DNA from: a virus
Taxonomy: Duplodnaviria; Caudoviricetes
IMG/VR virus record: IMGVR_UViG_3300022738_000051
Span: 1 to 38,836 of that record
Reading direction: 5' to 3' (one strand)
Length of the DNA: 38,836 nucleotides
The position numbers and the translations under genes are program-made. Of this stretch, positions 34,950-38,836 are shown piece by piece; the first letter of the stretch is position 1, and each line of letters begins with the position of its first letter. The notes below the pieces were generated by a model. It was not told where the DNA came from and ran no database searches. It saw only the letters and a program-made list of their open reading frames with translations.

Positions 34950-37055
34950 ATGGCACTCACAGGCGAACGCACCACGGAGCTCGGCACGACGAAGGTGGCC
35001 GACGCGGTGCTGGTGAACCGCAGCGGCAACACCTTCGCGCAGGCCGTTGCCGACCTCGCGCAGCAGCTGCTGGCGGGGGACTTCGGCGCGCTGATCGCGG
35101 GCACGGCAATCGGCACGAAGTGGAAGGTGCCGGTCCGCGCTGCCGCGACCGGCAATGTCGACATCGCCGCCGGCCTCGTGAACGGCAGCGTGATCGACGG
35201 CGTCGTGGTGGCGACGGGTGACCGGGTCGGGCTGGCGAACCAGACGGCGGCGGCGCAGAACGGCATCTACATTGTGCCGGCCTCCGGGCCTGCCGTGCGC
35301 GCGTCGGATGCCGATAGCGCCGAGGAGGTGTTGCAGATGGCGTTCTACGTCCGCGAGGGCGCGGAAAACGGCGGCAAGCAGTTTCTCTCCGTCACGCTCA
35401 GCGAGATCGTGCTCGGCACGACGGCCCTGCCGTTTGTCACCATGAGCGATCAGTCCGCGCTCAACGCCAATTTCGCAGAGCTCGACGGAAAGGTCGGTGC
35501 GCTCGAAGACATCGACGTCGACGGGACGCTGCCCGCCGTTAGCGGCCCGGCCGATAGGCCGCCGTTAGATGCGGTTTGGACCAACGAGGCGGGCGACGTG
35601 CTGTTCGGTTCCGGGAGCGATGGCATCGGGTGGTTCCCCGGGGAGGAGGTGCCGCTTATGCACATTCCCGGAATCGGCCCGGCCTCCGTCGTCTTCCAGG
35701 ATGCCGCCGGGCGCATCGCCGGAGGCATCACGATCTGGGCGCGGTGGTTCGAAGCGCGCGGCGGCGTGTACGTCTACGCTGGCGGCGACAATACCCACCT
35801 GAACGCCTACACGTTCGGTGGTTCCGGCGATCCTCGTGCGCTCCTCACCGACCCGAACGTGCTCTATGTCATCCCCGGCATCGGTCAGTCGCTTCAGCGC
35901 GGCGGGGTGTCACCACCGTTCGCAAACCTCGCTTATTCGACGGTGGCCCTCCATCCGGGCCGGGCGCTGATGTTCGACGCCGGCATCCGGCCGGATGGGG
36001 CGGCGGTCGCCGGCTTCGTGGACCTGATCGAAAGTGTACCGACCGGCGAGACGATCTCCTCCGGCCTCGTCAATACGTTCATCAGCCAGCTCGACGCGAC
36101 GCTCGGTACCAAGCCCCGCGTCCTGACCTTCACGGCTGCGCAGAGCAACCAGTCCTATCGTAACCTCAAGCGCGGCTCGGCGCAGTACACCGAGCTGCTG
36201 CGGCTCGTGAATGCGGCCAAGGCTCTCGCCGCGCTGCAGGGCTGGCGCGTCATCGTGCCGGCGGTCGTGATGCTCCACGGCGAGGCCGACCGCACCGGCT
36301 CGGGCGCCGCCTACAGCGAGCGCGACCGCGTCACCTATCACGGCTGGCTCAAGCAGTGGCAGCGTCACATCGATGCCGACATTCGCGCGATCACGGGGCA
36401 GGACAACGCGGTCAGGATGCTGACCTACCAGACCGAGGCCCACGCCGACACCCAGCTCGACGCGATCGGGCCGGCCATGGCGCAGCTCGACGCCCACGCC
36501 GAGCACGGCCTGATCGCCATGGCGTCGCCGATCTATGCCGCCGAGCGGTCCGGCGACCTCGTCCATCCGACCGGGCTCGGCTACCTGCGCATCGGCACCT
36601 CCATCGGCCGTGCCGCCGCCGATGACATTTGCGGCCTGCCGTGGGAGCCGCTGCGCCCGATCCGGGCCGAGTGGGTCTCGGACACCGTCATCCGCGTGCG
36701 CTACCTTGTGCCCGTGAGCCCGCTCGTGCTCGACGAGAGCGACACCATCGTCAAGGTCGCCGGCATCGAGACTGGCAAGGGGTTTGATTTTGTCGACGGC
36801 TCCATCACGCCGCCGACGATCGCGGCTGTTGCCCTGACCTCCGGAGCGACGAACGCGATCGACATCACCCTGTCGGCCGCACCGACGGGCCGGGCGCCGA
36901 AGCTCTATTACGCCTGCAAACGCACCGGCACCAGCGACGGCCCGGTGACGGGCGCGCGCGGCCTCGTGCGTGATAGCCAGTCGCTCAACGACACACAGGG
37001 GCAGGCCACCTACAACTGGTCGGTTGCCTTTGTCCTTGACCTTCCCAAACCTTGA
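34950..37055 (+). CDS. tail fibre / receptor-binding protein with SGNH-type esterase domain
   Basis: N-terminal VRAAATGNV...IDGVVVATGDRV...QNGIY module; GQS, HGEAD and DLVHP blocks. Confidence 0.72.
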   Translation: MALTGERTTELGTTKVADAVLVNRSGNTFAQAVADLAQQLLAGDFGALIAGTAIGTKWKVPVRAAATGNVDIAAGLVNGSVIDGVVVATGDRVGLANQTAAAQNGIYIVPASGPAVRASDADSAEEVLQMAFYVREGAENGGKQFLSVTLSEIVLGTTALPFVTMSDQSALNANFAELDGKVGALEDIDVDGTLPAVSGPADRPPLDAVWTNEAGDVLFGSGSDGIGWFPGEEVPLMHIPGIGPASVVFQDAAGRIAGGITIWARWFEARGGVYVYAGGDNTHLNAYTFGGSGDPRALLTDPNVLYVIPGIGQSLQRGGVSPPFANLAYSTVALHPGRALMFDAGIRPDGAAVAGFVDLIESVPTGETISSGLVNTFISQLDATLGTKPRVLTFTAAQSNQSYRNLKRGSAQYTELLRLVNAAKALAALQGWRVIVPAVVMLHGEADRTGSGAAYSERDRVTYHGWLKQWQRHIDADIRAITGQDNAVRMLTYQTEAHADTQLDAIGPAMAQLDAHAEHGLIAMASPIYAAERSGDLVHPTGLGYLRIGTSIGRAAADDICGLPWEPLRPIRAEWVSDTVIRVRYLVPVSPLVLDESDTIVKVAGIETGKGFDFVDGSITPPTIAAVALTSGATNAIDITLSAAPTGRAPKLYYACKRTGTSDGPVTGARGLVRDSQSLNDTQGQATYNWSVAFVLDLPKP

Positions 37056-37067
37056 TGGAGTTCAGCA

Positions 37068-37859
37068 ATGACAACGCGCGTCTTTAAAATGCCCACCGCG
37101 ATCGCCTCGCCGGGCGTCCTTCCTCGGATCGCGGTATCCACCCCCGAAAAGCAGATCGGCGCGCTACGCCTTGCCGGCGGGCTGCGCGCCTGGTGGCAGG
37201 CCGATGTAGGCTTCATGGATGGCGCTGCGATCGAGTGGATTGACCGCATCGGCAGCAAACGCCTTCTCGCCGCGCAGCTGCCGGGCATGGCTGCATCCGT
37301 TCCGGTCAAGCAGGAGGCTGCGATCAAGGGAGCGGCGGCGATCTCGTTCTCTACCGCCTCGCTGATCGATCCGGCGGGCCAGAATTTTTTCCCGCTGAAC
37401 GCCGACTTCTCGTTTGTCGTCGTCTGCAGGTTCGTGCCCACCGATGGCGCCGTCGTCGTCTGCAACCACGCGCCATGGGCGACGGCGACCTACCTGGTGC
37501 GGCATAACACCAACAGATTTTCCTGGGCGATGAACGGCTACAGCGTCTCCGGCGCCGAAGGGAGTGCGCCCTCGGACGTCGTGCATGTCGTCGTGTGCGG
37601 GTACACGGCGGCAACGAAGACGCTCACCCTTCGCCAGAACGGCACGCTGGTGCAGTCGATGGCGCGGGCGCAGCACATCAACCAGGACTCGCGCTTGCGC
37701 GTCGGTGCGCATGTCGGGCCGGACAATGCAGTGACGTTTTCGGTCGATGCCGGCGGGCTGATCCCGCTCGTCATGGCCTTCGGCAGCGACATAACAGCTG
37801 ACGCCCGCGCGGCCGATCTCGCCGTCGTCGAAGGCTGGCTGATCGATCGTTATCGGTAG
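37068..37859 (+). CDS. LamG/concanavalin-like beta-sandwich protein (fibre accessory)
   Basis: LRAWWQAD...WIDRIG, HVVVCGY...LTLRQNG, VEGWLIDRY. Confidence 0.6.
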   Translation: MTTRVFKMPTAIASPGVLPRIAVSTPEKQIGALRLAGGLRAWWQADVGFMDGAAIEWIDRIGSKRLLAAQLPGMAASVPVKQEAAIKGAAAISFSTASLIDPAGQNFFPLNADFSFVVVCRFVPTDGAVVVCNHAPWATATYLVRHNTNRFSWAMNGYSVSGAEGSAPSDVVHVVVCGYTAATKTLTLRQNGTLVQSMARAQHINQDSRLRVGAHVGPDNAVTFSVDAGGLIPLVMAFGSDITADARAADLAVVEGWLIDRYR

Positions 37860-37867
37860 ACATGGTG

Positions 37868-37887
37868 CGCCCGGCCTCGGCCGGGCG
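37868..37887. terminator. hairpin at the end of the tail operon
   Basis: CGCCCGGCC-TC-GGCCGGGCG. Confidence 0.45.
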
Positions 37888-37898
37888 AAACAGGATGA

Positions 37899-37984
37899 CG
37901 GATGCCGGGGAAATTCCCCGAGGGCGGGCCTAAGATTGGCGTCCAAACCCGCCCGACAGCGCGATAACACAACCGTCGCATCCG
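37899..37984 (-). ncRNA. candidate four-way-junction RNA upstream of the methylase
   Basis: CGGATGC/GCATCCG closing stem with three contiguous hairpins; G-U pairs favour the - strand. Confidence 0.5.
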
Positions 37985-38035
37985 ACCTCGGCAGAGCCGA
38001 GGCGGCCTCTGTGACTGAGTCGTGAGCTTTTTGAA

Positions 38036-38836
38036 ATGGTGAATATGCAGCCGGTTGACCCGGTTTCTCCCGCCGCTCCCTACATCGGCGGCAAGCGCGT
38101 GCTTTCCAAGGCTATCATCCGCAAGATCAACGCGATCGACCATGATGGTTACGCCGAGCCGTTTGTGGGCATGGGAGGCATCTTCCTGCGTCGGACGATG
38201 CAGCCGCGGATGGAGGCGATCAACGATATCAGCGGGGACGTTGCCAACCTCTTCCGCATCCTGCAGCGGCACTACCCGCAGTTCATGGAGACCCTGCGTT
38301 TCCAGATCACCAGCCGCCGGGAATATGAACGGCTGGTGAAGGTGGACCCGACAACGCTCACCGATCTCGAACGCGCGGCCCGTTTCCTCTATCTCCAGCG
38401 CTTGGCGTTCGGAGGCAAGGTCTCCGGTCGTAACTTCGGCGTCGTCAAGAGCGGAGGCGCCCGGTTCAATCTCCTGAAGCTCGCGCCGCTGCTGGAGGAC
38501 ATCCACGAGCGCCTTGCCGGCGTCGTCATCGAGTGCCTGCCGTGGCGCACCTTCATCAAGCGCTATGACCGCCCTGGCATGCTCTTCTACCTGGACCCAC
38601 CCTACTGGGGGAACGAGAATGATTATGGGGCCGGTGCCTTCGGCCGGAGCGAATTCGCGGAGATGGCCGACGTCCTGGCAAGCCTTCAAGGCACCTTCAT
38701 CGTGTCCTTAAACGCGGTTCAAGGCGTCTTCGATACCTTCAAGGATTTCGGCATCGAGGAGGTGGATTGCACTTACACCATCGCCGGCAAGGGCCGCGGA
38801 AAGCAAGTGCGGGAAGTGATCATAACGAGAAGATGA
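38036..38836 (+). CDS. D12-class DNA adenine methyltransferase in the mom position (alternative start at 38045)
   Basis: PYIGGK, YAEPFVGMGGIF, EAINDI, FYLDPPY. Confidence 0.93.
   Translation: MVNMQPVDPVSPAAPYIGGKRVLSKAIIRKINAIDHDGYAEPFVGMGGIFLRRTMQPRMEAINDISGDVANLFRILQRHYPQFMETLRFQITSRREYERLVKVDPTTLTDLERAARFLYLQRLAFGGKVSGRNFGVVKSGGARFNLLKLAPLLEDIHERLAGVVIECLPWRTFIKRYDRPGMLFYLDPPYWGNENDYGAGAFGRSEFAEMADVLASLQGTFIVSLNAVQGVFDTFKDFGIEEVDCTYTIAGKGRGKQVREVIITRR

Larger units (their letters stand above)
1..38836 (+). mobile_element. Mu-like transposable prophage (siphovirus-type tail); repressor and terminal att ends lie outside the window
   Basis: Co-oriented ner, transposase A, ATPase B, GemA, Mor-like activator, lysis, gp26-30, protease I, capsid T, gp36, G and tail genes, then a terminal methylase, in Mu-like order with many ATGA/TGATG overlaps; no obvious broken genes. 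Confidence 0.97.

Noticed and set aside
34950-38035. Invertible G segment/gin or a diversity-generating retroelement
   Set aside because: No recombinase or reverse transcriptase, no gix-like inverted repeats and no TR/VR pair seen.
216-38689. Many long minus-strand ORFs (e.g. 4510-5841, 12475-13719, 20706-22013, 31570-33441)
   Set aside because: Shadow frames of GC-rich + strand genes, with no recognisable motifs.
38036-38836. Mu mom (acetyltransferase-fold modifier)
   Set aside because: The motifs (GGK, EPF.G.G, DPPY) are those of a D12 adenine methyltransferase; only the position matches mom.
1-38836. CRISPR array, rRNA, and prophage TG...CA ends
   Set aside because: No spaced repeats or rRNA signatures seen; the window starts at the ner ATG and ends at the methylase stop, so the ends are not included.

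Overview
The window is a nearly complete, apparently intact Mu-like (transposable) prophage with a siphovirus-type tail, from a GC-rich host that is probably an alphaproteobacterium of the Rhizobiales (inferred from gene content and promoter style). All credible protein genes are on the + strand. The order is: ner, a ParB-like gene and small ORFs; DDE transposase A and ATPase B; a semi-essential region (DUF3164, Lar-like, GemA, an adenine MTase, ASCH-like); a Mor/C-like late activator; lysis; terminase, portal and MuF; protease/scaffold and capsid T; neck and tail genes (with a -1 frameshift chaperone, a tape measure carrying an M15 peptidase, and an esterase-bearing fibre); and a terminal D12-class adenine methylase in the position of Mu mom. 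The repressor and both prophage ends lie outside the window. The most striking element follows the MuF gene, whose C-terminal extension looks like a PBECR-type RNase. No immunity ORF follows it. Instead there is a convergent ~90-nt tRNA-like cloverleaf on the - strand with its own sigma70-type promoter, a candidate RNA decoy antitoxin. Other notable features are a second antisense cloverleaf before the terminal methylase, a duplicated 18-bp dyad before both late operons, an RBS-sequestering hairpin on the endolysin, a palindrome inside the ParB-like gene, and a stand-alone MuA I-gamma domain. Family assignments come from motifs and synteny read by eye, not from database searches.
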